Assembly (NCBI GenBank): GCA_964505005.1
Contig: CAZDFQ010000001.1
Location: 114,458 to 178,457, forward strand
Direction of reading: 5' to 3'
Length of the DNA: 64,000 nt
DNA from: an uncultured Candidatus Saccharibacteria bacterium
GTDB taxonomy: Bacteria; Patescibacteriota; Minisyncoccia; UBA6257; 2-01-FULL-56-20
Position 1 is the first letter of the stretch. The number at the start of each line of letters is the position of its first letter. The position numbers were made by a program, and so were the translations under genes. The notes beneath the pieces were generated by a model that saw only the letters and a list, made by a program, of their open reading frames with translations, had not been told where the DNA came from and did no database searches. Below are positions 1-9,155 of this stretch, piece after piece.

Positions 1-87
1 TTTTTCACCTCCTCCATCAAACAGAATCGACTCAAAAAACTAATTAAAAATAACATTGTTATATTGCCTAAGTCAACTTTACGAATC

Positions 88-2433
88 TTAATTTTTAACG
101 CTATGGCCGCCGAACTGGTTCCGCAATGCCGATAAAATCTTGCCGATGTAGCTTGGTTTCTTGGCCGAAGCGACCCGGAATTTGAAAGAATCTTTGATAA
201 TCTTCACCGGCACGCCGAGTTTTTTGGCGGTTTTGACCGTCCATTCGCCTTCGCCGGTATGAGCAACTGAACCGGATATTTCTTTAAGTTCCTGGCCGTA
301 TTCGGAAAACGCTTTTTTGAGCCAGTCAACCAAGCGCGACTGGATAACGCTACCGTTATCGTAGATAGCCGCTATTTTCCTCAAATCAAACCCGTATTTT
401 GACTTATTAAGAACCGCGAAGCCCTCGGCCAAGGACTGCATCATCCCGTATTCAATGCCGTTATGAACCATTTTCACGAAATGACCGGCACCGGATTTGC
501 CGACGTAACCGTAGCCGCCGGAAACCGCCAACTCGCGGAAAAGGTGTTCGTATTTTTCATAAACCGATTTCTGGCCGCCGACCATAATCGAAGCGCCATA
601 CCTTGCGCCAGCCGGGCCGCCGGAAACGCCGACATCCAGAAACTCTAGGTCGGCTTTTTTCAATTTTTTGGCTCGCTTTATTGAGTCCTCGAAAAACGAA
701 TTGCCGCCGTCAATGACCACATCGCCTTTTTCAAGTACGGCTAAAAGTTCATCAATGACTTCGTCAACTTTGGCCGATGGCACCATCAGCCAAACCAGCC
801 GCGGCGCCGCGAGCAGATTTTTGAATTCTTTAACATCTTCCGCTGCCAAGCCGCCTCCCTCAACGAATTTTTTCCGCGCCTTCTCGTCTCTATCATAAGC
901 GATTACCCGCCAGCCCTTTTCCAGAAGCCGCAGCCCCATATTCCTGCCCATTTTGCCGAGCCCAATAAGGCCGAGCTCTTTTTTAACGCTTCCTGATTCT
1001 CTTTTAACTTCTTCGATGACCGGAAAAGAACCCGGCTTATAAAACTGGAGCGGCACCAGATTTTTCTTCCAAGCCCTCAAAATTGGGTCAATGAATTTCC
1101 AGCTCGCCGTAATCTCGTCGGTGCTCACAAAAAGCGTCTGGTTGCCGGAAAAAGCGTCAAGAAGCAGCCGCTCGTAAGCGTCAACGAACAATTCTTCCGA
1201 GAAAGCGCTTTTATAATCGAAAGAAAAATCTTTTTCCTCAAGGGCCATTTCTGGACCCGGCCGCTTGACCCAGAAGGAAGTAGTAATTCCTTCTTTTGGC
1301 TGAATGTTATAGCGAAGAACGTTCCGGTAATGTTTCCTTGGCGGGCAGAGACAAGGCGACGGATGCTTGAAAGCGACGACTACTTCGACTTTTGATTCCG
1401 GCAGATATTTTCCGCTTTCCAGCTCTAAAGGGACATCTTCAAAGCGCGGCGTATCCAGAAAGGCGGTGATACGGAAATAAGTTTCCGTCATCGAACCCGG
1501 TTTCACATTTTTTTCTTCCCGATAGCCGTGGTATTGAGCGCGGGAAGTGAATTGTTTAATTTCTTCTTTTTTAAAAATTCTCAAGATTCTCAACACCTCG
1601 GCGCGCTGGCGACGGATGGAATCCGCATCGAAACTCAGAGGATTCTCCATGGTAAAAAGCGCCAGAAGCTGCAGCAGATGGTTTTGGCCGACATCGCGGA
1701 GCGCGCCCACGCCGTCATAAAAACTGCCCCGGCCCTCTAGGCCAGCGGCCTCAAAAAAACGGAAAGAAATCTTTTCAATGGAATTTTTATCCCAGGCCGG
1801 CTCCAAAAAATAATTGGAAAACCGGAAAGCCAAAATATTCTGGACCGTATCTTTAGCGAGATAATGGTCAATCCGGTAAATCTGTTCTTCTCGAAAGAGA
1901 GTCCCGAGCAATTTGTCGAGGGATTCCGCGGTTTTCAAATCCCGGCCAAAAGGTTTTTCGACCAAGACGCGGGTCCAGCCCTCTTCCGGGCTGCAGGGAA
2001 TGGTCAAGCCCGAGTCAGCCAAATTATGAAGGATTTTTTTGTAATAGGTCGGTGGCACCGCCAGATAAAAAAGCTTGTTGCTGCAAGTCCGCCACTCGTT
2101 ATCCCGATAACCGAGTTGTTCAGCCAATTTTTTATAGCCGCTCTTTTTTTCAAAAAATCCCTGGGAATAAATGAACATTTTTCTGAAAGATTCTATCGCT
2201 TCAAGAGAACCGCTTTTTTCTTTTCCGAGCGTCTCTTTGACCATTGACTGGAATTCGGCATCGGATAGATTCTGTCTTGAAAAACCGATGACCTGGAAAA
2301 GCGGCGGCAGAAGTTTTTTCCGATAAAGACGGAAAAGCGCCGGCAGAAGTTTGCGCCGGGCCAAATCGCCAGTGGCGCCGAAAATCACTAGGATGGTGGG
2401 ATTGTATGATTTGAAATCAAGTCGTTCGCTCAT
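88..2433 (-). CDS. zwf: Fused glucose-6-phosphate dehydrogenase (N-terminal) and 6-phosphogluconate dehydrogenase-like (C-terminal) protein. The longest ORF runs to 2487 via a TTG, but the ATG at 2431-2433 (MSERLDF...) avoids overlapping gdhA.
   Basis: The G6PD hallmarks GATGDLARRKL and RIDHYLAKD lie in the N-terminal ~490 aa. The C-terminal ~300 aa carries an NAD(P)-binding LIGLGKMGRNMGLRL motif and has 6PGDH/Gnd-like sequence. Confidence 0.75.
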   Translation of the reverse strand: MSERLDFKSYNPTILVIFGATGDLARRKLLPALFRLYRKKLLPPLFQVIGFSRQNLSDAEFQSMVKETLGKEKSGSLEAIESFRKMFIYSQGFFEKKSGYKKLAEQLGYRDNEWRTCSNKLFYLAVPPTYYKKILHNLADSGLTIPCSPEEGWTRVLVEKPFGRDLKTAESLDKLLGTLFREEQIYRIDHYLAKDTVQNILAFRFSNYFLEPAWDKNSIEKISFRFFEAAGLEGRGSFYDGVGALRDVGQNHLLQLLALFTMENPLSFDADSIRRQRAEVLRILRIFKKEEIKQFTSRAQYHGYREEKNVKPGSMTETYFRITAFLDTPRFEDVPLELESGKYLPESKVEVVVAFKHPSPCLCPPRKHYRNVLRYNIQPKEGITTSFWVKRPGPEMALEEKDFSFDYKSAFSEELFVDAYERLLLDAFSGNQTLFVSTDEITASWKFIDPILRAWKKNLVPLQFYKPGSFPVIEEVKRESGSVKKELGLIGLGKMGRNMGLRLLEKGWRVIAYDRDEKARKKFVEGGGLAAEDVKEFKNLLAAPRLVWLMVPSAKVDEVIDELLAVLEKGDVVIDGGNSFFEDSIKRAKKLKKADLEFLDVGVSGGPAGARYGASIMVGGQKSVYEKYEHLFRELAVSGGYGYVGKSGAGHFVKMVHNGIEYGMMQSLAEGFAVLNKSKYGFDLRKIAAIYDNGSVIQSRLVDWLKKAFSEYGQELKEISGSVAHTGEGEWTVKTAKKLGVPVKIIKDSFKFRVASAKKPSYIGKILSALRNQFGGHSVKN

Positions 2434-2437
2434 TGAA

Positions 2438-3610
2438 TTATTTGAAGGTCGAGACCCGCTGGCCGGCTTTTTTTTCGACTTTAGCAAGGGCTAATTCCCT
2501 GGCCACCGCTCTCGGGCTTCTCCCCTCTTTCAAGCTTTTAGACAAAACCATTCTAGTGCTTTTGACGATTTTTCTTTGAACTAAATCAAACATTTTTTTG
2601 GGATTGTAGCCGCGATACTCGGCGTAAGAAGAAATGACACCACCGGCATTAGCCACGAAATCAGGCACCATCATTATCCCCTTTTTAAAAAGTTCACTTT
2701 CAATGGTTTCGGTCATCGGAATGTTCCCGGCTTCGACAATGATTTTCGCCTTAATTTCGTTCTTGTTCGATTCATTGATGACATCGGTTACTGAAGCCGG
2801 AATCAAAATATCAACCGGGATTTTCCAGAAATCTTGGGATTTAACGGCTGCCTGCGGTAAGGCCTCGCTAAGAGATTCTTTGCCGCTGATAATTTTATCA
2901 ACATTATCTTTGGGAAATCCCTTCTCGTTGAAAATCGCTCCGCTCCTATCTGCCAAAGCAACAACCCTGGCTCCTTTAGCGGTCAGGAACTGATACGCAA
3001 AAGTGCCGACATTGCCAAAACCATGAATGGCGACTGACGATTTATTGATATTAAGACCGAGGAGGGCTGCCGCGGTTTCAGTTGCTTCAGCTACTCCGAA
3101 ACCAGTGCTGCCGAATTCATGAGGGATGCCGCATTTTTCGCCTTTTTTTCCGAACAAGGCCATGCAGTAATTGGCCGGCTTGCCAGTGGCGCTCCGCCAA
3201 TTGCCGGTGGCTTCGACAAACCATTCCATCTCTTCCTCGCCGGTATTGACATCCGGACCGGCAATGTACTGGCGGGGAGTAAAAATCTTTATGGCTCGCG
3301 CAAAACTCTGGATAAATTCTTTTTTAAGTTTATCTGAACCGTCCCTGCCCGCCGTAGCTTCAGCGGAGGCGGGTGGCCAAACTATACCAGCTTTGGCGCC
3401 GCCAAAAGGGATGTCAGCCAAGGCATTTTTCCAGGTCATGGTCCGCGCCAAGCGAAATACTTCCTCGATATTCACATTGTTAGTCATCCGAATCCCGCCT
3501 TTGCCTGGCCCCAAAGCCGTATTATCAATCACCAAAAAACCTTCCATTCCGATTCGGGAATCATAAACTTCCACCAGATATTCTGGGCCGAATTTGTCTT
3601 TAGTTATCAT
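2438..3610 (-). CDS. gdhA: Glutamate dehydrogenase (Glu/Leu/Phe/Val dehydrogenase family).
   Basis: GPGKGGIRM motif; Rossmann motif GFGNVG; length of 390 aa. Confidence 0.8.
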   Translation of the reverse strand: MITKDKFGPEYLVEVYDSRIGMEGFLVIDNTALGPGKGGIRMTNNVNIEEVFRLARTMTWKNALADIPFGGAKAGIVWPPASAEATAGRDGSDKLKKEFIQSFARAIKIFTPRQYIAGPDVNTGEEEMEWFVEATGNWRSATGKPANYCMALFGKKGEKCGIPHEFGSTGFGVAEATETAAALLGLNINKSSVAIHGFGNVGTFAYQFLTAKGARVVALADRSGAIFNEKGFPKDNVDKIISGKESLSEALPQAAVKSQDFWKIPVDILIPASVTDVINESNKNEIKAKIIVEAGNIPMTETIESELFKKGIMMVPDFVANAGGVISSYAEYRGYNPKKMFDLVQRKIVKSTRMVLSKSLKEGRSPRAVARELALAKVEKKAGQRVSTFK

Positions 3611-3771
3611 TTTCTTCCTGAACGGCTAATTTGGTAATTTCCAAATTGCAACTTCTGTGTTCGTGGCACCAAGCTTCGCACTTTTCGGCTGTTTCTTTGC
3701 TAAGATATTTGAAACCGCAATCCTCGCAAACGTATAAATCCCCTTTTTCTCTGGGTAAAATTTTAACCATC

Positions 3772-4044
3772 TTATCTGCCGAGAGCCCAATGTCTCAAAT
3801 TTTCATAAACATCCTCGCCGCAAATGTATTTCCCGGTTTCGGTGTTGAAGAAAAATGGCACGCCGCCGCAAAAGCCCTTATCGTATTCCCTCATTTTTTG
3901 GGCGTTTTCCTCGTTATGCCAAACCTCGTATTTCTCCATGTTCAAACCCTCTTCTTTTTCGAGCCGTTCAACCAGCGAGTCCATCCGGCGGCAGTGCGGA
4001 CACTCTTCGCCGTAAAATTCTAAAAGCATTTTTAAAATCTTCAT
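3772..4044 (-). CDS. Glutaredoxin-like thioredoxin-fold protein with a CPHC active site.
   Basis: CPHC redox motif; ~90 aa; C-terminal GGVP/thioredoxin-fold pattern. Confidence 0.5.
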   Translation of the reverse strand: MKILKMLLEFYGEECPHCRRMDSLVERLEKEEGLNMEKYEVWHNEENAQKMREYDKGFCGGVPFFFNTETGKYICGEDVYENLRHWALGR

Positions 4045-4066
4045 TATCCCGACCTTTAGGAGAATC

Positions 4067-4717
4067 TCATTTTAACAAAACCGCCCGAACTGGCGAGGCC
4101 TCGGCCCCTTTTATTTTAAGCGGCAAGCCGATGAAAAAATAGCGGCCCGGTTTTACCTTCTTAAAATTCAGTCCTTCGTAAATCAAAATTCCGCCCTTGA
4201 GAAGCAGCGGGTGAACCGTATCCGGTCGCAAACGGAATTTTCTGATTGACGGGCCGTCAATGCCCACAGCTTTAATTTTTGACTTTATAAGAACTTTGGC
4301 CGCAGCTTCGTTGATATGGATAAATTTCGGATTAAAGCGCCTGGATTTATTCAGTGAATTTTTCGTTTTTAAGAGGATAATTTCGCCGGTTTTGGGCCGA
4401 ATTTTTCTGATTTCCCTTTCGCTGATTTCGCTTTTGATTTTCGTGAAGTCAACCACCCGGCACCAACCCAGACATTTCCCGAGCTGAATTCTGTCCACCA
4501 GCAAGCCGTTTTTCAAATAATGAAAGGGGGCATCAAGATGGCTCCCGTTGTGAAGACCAAAACTTAAAGAGGACGAATTAGAGCCGTCTTTTTTGAAAAT
4601 TTTATCTCGCCGCAAAATAACCGGCTCGTTGCCGGGATAAAGCGGTTCGCCTTTACTTAAAGGACGGCTGATATCATAGATTCTGATAAATTTTTCGGCG
4701 AATTTTCTCTGAAACAC
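4067..4717 (-). CDS. Putative cyclase / kynurenine formamidase-like hydrolase.
   Basis: HxGxHxDAPxH-like motif (FGLHNGSHLDAPFHY). Confidence 0.55.
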   Translation of the reverse strand: MFQRKFAEKFIRIYDISRPLSKGEPLYPGNEPVILRRDKIFKKDGSNSSSLSFGLHNGSHLDAPFHYLKNGLLVDRIQLGKCLGWCRVVDFTKIKSEISEREIRKIRPKTGEIILLKTKNSLNKSRRFNPKFIHINEAAAKVLIKSKIKAVGIDGPSIRKFRLRPDTVHPLLLKGGILIYEGLNFKKVKPGRYFFIGLPLKIKGAEASPVRAVLLK

Positions 4718-4721
4718 CTTC

Positions 4722-5036
4722 TCATTTTATTTCAAAATTTTCGAATTTTCCAGTCCGCCTGCCTGCCGGCAGGCAGGCTTTGCCGTATGAAAATTCAATC
4801 CGTTCGACATTGGCAAGCGGCGGCCCCTTTTTGCACCATTCCAAAAATCTCTTCAAGTTTTTCTCGTCTCCTTCGGCTTCGATATAAACCGAGCCGTCGT
4901 CTTCATTTCTCGCCAATCCTTTAAGGCCCGACTCGTCGGCTTTAATTTTCGCCGTATGCCTAAAAAATACTCCTTGGACCCGGCCAAAAATTTTAATTCT
5001 AAGAAATTTATCCGCCATATCCTTTTGGATTTTCAA
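4722..5036 (-). CDS. acyP: Acylphosphatase whose C-terminal ~25 codons are encoded by a dispersed repeat (the CCTGCCTGCCGGCAGGCAGG module).
   Basis: Acylphosphatase signature-like VQGVFFR plus G-x-V-x-N-x-x-D-G. The tail ...ACLPAGRRTG is coded by repeat family A. Confidence 0.6.
   Translation of the reverse strand: MKIQKDMADKFLRIKIFGRVQGVFFRHTAKIKADESGLKGLARNEDDGSVYIEAEGDEKNLKRFLEWCKKGPPLANVERIEFSYGKACLPAGRRTGKFENFEIK
4745..4835. repeat. Family A repeat copy (CCTGCCTGCCGGCAGGCAGG module) inside the acyP 3' coding end.
   Basis: The 20-nt perfect palindrome CCTGCCTGCCGGCAGGCAGG plus the ATTGGCAAGCGG arm. Confidence 0.6.
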
Positions 5037-5049
5037 CTTTAACCCCTTA

Positions 5050-5075
5050 TTCTCTAATTCGCTCGAATTAGAGAA
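5050..5075. repeat. Family B palindrome TTCTCTAATTCG-NNN-CGAATTAGAGAA (copy 1 of 6), immediately 3' of the yfiH-like gene stop.
   Basis: 26-nt near-perfect palindrome. The other copies are at 9121-9147, 12976-13000, 14969-14994, 15290-15315 and 41285-41310. Confidence 0.7.
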
Positions 5076-5077
5076 GG

Positions 5078-5830
5078 CTAATTTTTAATGCCGACTACCG
5101 TTGCCATCCGGCCTTCGGGTTCGCCGGTTTTCCGCGACCGATAATGGGAAAAGAAATTTTTGTCAACGATAGTATCCACATCTGCGATTTCAATGTTCTC
5201 TCGGTTTATACCTGCCGAAACAAGCTGATGAATATTATAGCCAACCAAATCTATTCCTGTCTTCCCGTTTTTTGAATCAATCAAAAAATTTTTCCATTCG
5301 TTATGACCAATGATACGTTTCGTTAATTCATCTCCATCAAATAAATATGATTCTTTGCGGACGCCGGGACCGATGCCTACAAAAATATCTTTAGAGTTAC
5401 TTCCCGCTTTCTCAAATTGCTCAATGATTTTTTGAACAAACATCTGCGGCGTATTAATCCTACTCAAATGCGCGAGCGCCAATATTCTTTTTGAGAAATC
5501 ATAGAAAATTATCGGCAGGCAATCGCCAGTTGGCAGAAACAAAAAAAGATTTTTCTCGGCGGTTATGGCGGCGTCAGCTTTCGGCCCGCCATTGGGACCA
5601 TTCACCCCCTGTCCCTTGAACGACTTATCAACTGAAATTATATCGGTGCCGTGGAAATCATCGAGGCGAATGCAATTCTCAAAGCCGATGCCCAGCTTGC
5701 TCAAAAACCTTTTACGATTGTCGACGACTTCTTCGGGCGCCCCGAAAGAAAAAGACATATTGCTGTCGGATTTATCGGAAAAACCGTGAATGAGATTGGG
5801 GAATTTTTTCAAACCCGGCAGTTGATACAT
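5078..5830 (-). CDS. YfiH/PgeF-family (DUF152, laccase-domain) purine-nucleoside phosphorylase / peptidoglycan editing factor.
   Basis: N-terminal IHGFSDKSD(GG) pattern, a conserved His/Cys arrangement, and ~250 aa length. Confidence 0.6.
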   Translation of the reverse strand: MYQLPGLKKFPNLIHGFSDKSDSNMSFSFGAPEEVVDNRKRFLSKLGIGFENCIRLDDFHGTDIISVDKSFKGQGVNGPNGGPKADAAITAEKNLFLFLPTGDCLPIIFYDFSKRILALAHLSRINTPQMFVQKIIEQFEKAGSNSKDIFVGIGPGVRKESYLFDGDELTKRIIGHNEWKNFLIDSKNGKTGIDLVGYNIHQLVSAGINRENIEIADVDTIVDKNFFSHYRSRKTGEPEGRMATVVGIKN

Positions 5831-5881
5831 TTTTCAAATCCTAATATCTAATTATTTAATAATTCGGATGGGCGCATTCGT

Positions 5882-5968
5882 ATGAAGCTTCGCTTCATCA
5901 ATCGGTTCGCTCGGCAATCGCAAGAATTTTATATTCTTGTGTTGCCTCGCTGCCGATTGTAGGACGCT
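5882..5968. repeat. Dispersed repeat family A, copy with the GGCAATCGCAAGAAT core (GAAGCTTCGCTTCATCAATCGGTTCGCTC...TCGCTGCCGATTG).
   Basis: Near-identical copy at 28964-29045. The arms CATCAATCGGTTCGCTC and CTCGCTGCCGATTG are related inverted segments. Confidence 0.7.
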
Positions 5969-6582
5969 ATTCGGATGCCGCCTTTCCGCAAAACCGAGAT
6001 TTTGCCGTGAGCCAATTTAATCAGAGCCGACGGCCGGCTGACAACTTTCCCGGCATCCACATAAAAATCAACTTTGCGGCCGAAATATTTTTGCGCTTCT
6101 TTTATGGTTTTGGCCGGCGGCCGACCTTCGATATTCGCACTCGGCGCCACCAGCGGACCGGTTTTCTTCAATAGCTTGCGGAGGTTATCTTGGGCGGGCA
6201 GTCGGAATGCTAATGTCTTTGTTCCGCGATGAAGATGAGTTGAGCGAAGCGCCAATCGCTTATCGCTAATCGGCAAAATCACGCTTACCTTCCCGGGCCA
6301 AATTTCAGCAAGAATTCTGTTTGTATTTCTATCAAGAGAAATTCCGAAGTGCTTCAGCTCTTTTTTCGAACTGACTAAAACAATCATCGGCTTGTCCGGC
6401 CGGCGCCGGCGCAAACGATAAATCCGGCTGACGGCTTTTTGGGAAAACGCCGAGCCGACAATTCCATAGATGGTGTCAGTGGGGATAACGCCGACTCCGC
6501 CCCTCTTCAGAGTTACGGCAACTTTCGAATTGAGTCCTGAAAAAATTTTCATCAGAAGAGTATCAAAATCAGGAGGGCTCAT
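5929..6582 (-). CDS. tsaC: L-threonylcarbamoyladenylate synthase (YrdC/Sua5 domain, TsaC).
   Basis: PTDTIYGI motif and YrdC-domain length. Confidence 0.7.
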   Translation of the reverse strand: MSPPDFDTLLMKIFSGLNSKVAVTLKRGGVGVIPTDTIYGIVGSAFSQKAVSRIYRLRRRRPDKPMIVLVSSKKELKHFGISLDRNTNRILAEIWPGKVSVILPISDKRLALRSTHLHRGTKTLAFRLPAQDNLRKLLKKTGPLVAPSANIEGRPPAKTIKEAQKYFGRKVDFYVDAGKVVSRPSALIKLAHGKISVLRKGGIRIASYNRQRGNTRI

Positions 6583-6585
6583 TTA

Positions 6586-6624
6586 CTATTATTATATCGC
6601 ATATGCGATATAATAATAGTAATT
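6586..6624. promoter_or_regulatory. Family D AT-rich palindromic element (CTATTATTATAT-CGCATATGCG-ATATAATAATAGTAATT) placed 4 nt upstream of the tsaC start codon. It contains TATAAT on both strands.
   Basis: Conserved arms with a variable palindromic core; other copies at 7518-7556 and 58819-58857. Confidence 0.4.
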
Positions 6625-6654
6625 CGTTCTTGATAAACCTCCTTGAATCTTCTT

Positions 6655-6760
6655 GTATTTGGCAGCGAGTCCGCAAGGAAAACGAATTTTATCTGCGGCG
6701 AGCCCTGCCTTGCCACCTGTCCGGCGACAAACAGGGTAGGCAGGAAACCAAATGAAAAAA
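6655..6760. repeat. Family A repeat copy (degenerate) upstream of tsaC.
   Basis: TTTGGCAGCGAG...GCGGCGAGCCCTGCC...CAGGGTAGGCAGG. Confidence 0.5.
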
Positions 6761-6781
6761 ATGTTACGCGCCGTGACATTT

Positions 6782-7480
6782 TTAGATTTTATAAATAACG
6801 TCTTTCCGTTCCACTACTACCGGCCATTTTCTTTTTCTGGCTATCCGGTACAAATTGGCGTTCGGATTGAAACAAATCGGCTTTTCGACTATTTTCAAAA
6901 ACGGGATATCCGATTCGGTGTCACCGACACCGATGGAATCCTTAAGCGTCAAATTTTCTTTCTCAACCGCCCGTTTTAAAATTTTAGCTTTATCAAAAAT
7001 AAGTTCTTCGTAAAGTATTCTGCCAGTAAAACGATTTTTCGAATCAATCTCCAGCAGCCGGCCGTAAACCTTATCGAAACCGAGGATTTTTCCGAAACGG
7101 CCGACCACATACATCGGCGAATGGGAAATGGCCAAGAGATAATAATTTTTCTTTTTTAATTCTTTCAGCAAATCGCGGGTATAGCGATAGAGGCGGTTTT
7201 TGTGGAAGGAGATAACTTTTTCGACAACCGGCCGAACAGCTTTTTCCGGCACGCCCTTGATATTTTTATCAAATGCCTTGATAACCGCTCCGATGTATTT
7301 TTCGTAGCTGTCTTTCCGGTCGAGCCAGCGTTTGTATTCCCGGGAATAAATTTTACGGACTTTTGCAGGAAAAACACCTTCAAGAATAAGCGCTTCCGCC
7401 AGTTCAATCAACAAACTCGAACGGAAAATCGTCCCGTCAATGTCAAAAACTACGACTTTCCGCTTTATAGATTTATTCAT
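6782..7480 (-). CDS. HAD-superfamily hydrolase (phosphatase).
   Basis: N-terminal DxDGT motif (VVFDIDGTI) and a later GDxxxD-type motif (GVGDTESD). Confidence 0.6.
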   Translation of the reverse strand: MNKSIKRKVVVFDIDGTIFRSSLLIELAEALILEGVFPAKVRKIYSREYKRWLDRKDSYEKYIGAVIKAFDKNIKGVPEKAVRPVVEKVISFHKNRLYRYTRDLLKELKKKNYYLLAISHSPMYVVGRFGKILGFDKVYGRLLEIDSKNRFTGRILYEELIFDKAKILKRAVEKENLTLKDSIGVGDTESDIPFLKIVEKPICFNPNANLYRIARKRKWPVVVERKDVIYKI

Positions 7481-7517
7481 CGTCCAAATTATTAATTAAC
7501 TAAATTCAAGCTGTTTA

Positions 7518-7556
7518 CTATTATTATATTACAATTGTAATATAATAATAGTAATT
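7518..7556. promoter_or_regulatory. Family D element (core TACAATTGTA) between the rnhA stop and the HAD hydrolase start.
   Basis: CTATTATTATATTACAATTGTAATATAATAATAGTAATT. Confidence 0.4.
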
Positions 7557-7562
7557 CAAAAT

Positions 7563-8021
7563 TCAAAGTCCTTCTTCATTCTCATCCAACACTTTATTTA
7601 CGATTCTGTCGGCCCGGCGGTTTTCGCTCCGCGGAATGTGAATAAAAAAAACTTTTTTGAAATCGATTTTCAGGTTCCAAACCTCGAGAAAGAGCGGCTG
7701 AAGCTCCGGCTCTTCGATTTTGTATTCGGCGTTCAGCTGCCGAACCACCAGTTCGCTGTCCAAACGCATTTCTATTTCTGCTTCTCTGGCTTTTTTCTTG
7801 CCGATAAGTTGTTTTATTTTTTTGAGCGCGAAAATCACCGCTAAGTATTCGGCCTGATTATTTGTTTTCTTGCCAAGAAATTCGCCATATTCTTTGCCAC
7901 GAATGTTCCGAATTGGTGATTCGAATTCTATAACAACGCCGAGTGCGGCTGGCCCAGGGTTACCCCTGGAACCGCCGTCCGCATAGACAATTATTTTTTT
8001 CTCGGATAATTTCGCGACCAT
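7563..8021 (-). CDS. rnhA: Ribonuclease HI.
   Basis: ADGGSRGNPGPAA motif with catalytic DEDD pattern; ~150 aa. Confidence 0.75.
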   Translation of the reverse strand: MVAKLSEKKIIVYADGGSRGNPGPAALGVVIEFESPIRNIRGKEYGEFLGKKTNNQAEYLAVIFALKKIKQLIGKKKAREAEIEMRLDSELVVRQLNAEYKIEEPELQPLFLEVWNLKIDFKKVFFIHIPRSENRRADRIVNKVLDENEEGL

Positions 8022-8023
8022 TT

Positions 8024-8962
8024 CTATCTTAAGTTATTAATAATTTTCTGAACCGCGGCTTGAACTAATTTCCTGAATTTAAAAGTTGCACCAGCAGCGT
8101 CGTGATGGCCACCGCCGCCGAAATTTTTTCTCAAAAATTCGCCGAGGTGGACTCTGTTTTCCCAGCGGCGCCAGGGATTGGCACTTAACGATAAACTAAA
8201 TAAGCCATTATTGTATCTTTTAGCCGCCAATCCATAAACGACTTTGGGGTAAATATAAAAAGACGCCACTCTTAATTCCCGAATTTCTGTTCGGGACAAG
8301 TCAATAAAGGTGATTCTGCCGATAAGCTTAAGATTCCGGCGATAAAAAGCAAAAGATTTTTTCCTCTGGGTTTTAAGCTCCGGCAAAAATTTTCTAATCC
8401 GGTTGTCTTTAACGATTTTTTCTAGCGGCAGATTGGCGAGTATTCTGATAAACCACTCGCCGAGTTCGTCTTTGGTTTTCCGGCTATCAATAAATTCTTC
8501 AAGCTGAAGTGCCGGCTCTTTTTTTTCAATGACTTGCTTGGCTGAACGAAAATGAGCGCTATCAATCATATCCAGCCAGCGGGCTAATTCTTTTATGTGT
8601 TTCGGCGGCTGGTAGTCGAAATCTTTTTCCAGCGATTTTACAATCAAGCCGCAACAGGACGGCGCTTTCGGGTCCCAATGAAATAATCGACTCGGTCTGA
8701 ATTTCCTCTGCCAGCCCTTTTTCAAAAAAGTTGTCTCGTGGTGGTCGAACCAAGCGGCGGCTTCCGGATGATAAGGAAAATCAACCACAATCGCCGGATT
8801 GCGCCGATTTGAAGCGGCAATTTTTCTTTTCTGCCAAGAGATATTGAAATCAACAGGATAGAAATTTTTTATTGAATCGCCCCGGCTTTCTAGAAAATTC
8901 AGCATCACGGCGGCTGAAGACCGGCCGTCGAAATCATCGTGAAAATAAATGTCGTAAGTCAT
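8024..8962 (-). CDS. DHH-family phosphoesterase (NrnA-like).
   Basis: HDDFDG (DHH motif I) at the N-terminus and GGGHxxAAG near the C-terminus (DHHA1-like). Confidence 0.6.
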   Translation of the reverse strand: MTYDIYFHDDFDGRSSAAVMLNFLESRGDSIKNFYPVDFNISWQKRKIAASNRRNPAIVVDFPYHPEAAAWFDHHETTFLKKGWQRKFRPSRLFHWDPKAPSCCGLIVKSLEKDFDYQPPKHIKELARWLDMIDSAHFRSAKQVIEKKEPALQLEEFIDSRKTKDELGEWFIRILANLPLEKIVKDNRIRKFLPELKTQRKKSFAFYRRNLKLIGRITFIDLSRTEIRELRVASFYIYPKVVYGLAAKRYNNGLFSLSLSANPWRRWENRVHLGEFLRKNFGGGGHHDAAGATFKFRKLVQAAVQKIINNLR

Positions 8963-8976
8963 AATAATAAGAATTT

Positions 8977-9078
8977 ATGAAGCTTCGCTTCATCAATCGG
9001 TTCCCTGCCTGCCGGCAGGCAGGGCTCGCCGGAAATAAATGTCTTGCATTCACTTCCTTCTCGCTGCCGATTGGAGAA
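8977..9078. repeat. Family A repeat copy with the CCTGCCTGCCGGCAGGCAGG module.
   Basis: GAAGCTTCGCTTCATCAATCGGTTCCCTGCCTGCCGGCAGGCAGGGCTCGCC...TCGCTGCCGATTGG. Confidence 0.7.
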
Positions 9079-9120
9079 AATAGAATTTAGAATGTAGAAG
9101 TGTGAAAAAGATGTTTTTTA

Positions 9121-9147
9121 TTCTACGATTCGCTCGAATTAGAGAAG
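9121..9147. repeat. Family B palindrome copy (variant left arm), 3' of the Cys-rich paralog 1 stop.
   Basis: TTCTACGATTCGCTCGAATTAGAGAAG. Confidence 0.6.
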
Positions 9148-9155
9148 ATAATTTC

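Noticed and set aside
2438-2487. Apparent 50-nt overlap between the zwf-gnd fusion and gdhA.
   Set aside because: The overlap depends on a TTG start at 2485-2487. An ATG at 2431-2433 gives a G6PD N-terminus of typical length and a 4-nt gap, so the overlap is probably an ORF-calling artefact.
6579-6779. Minus-strand 66-aa ORF upstream of tsaC.
   Set aside because: It is composed largely of repeat family A and D sequence (6586-6760). Likely not coding.
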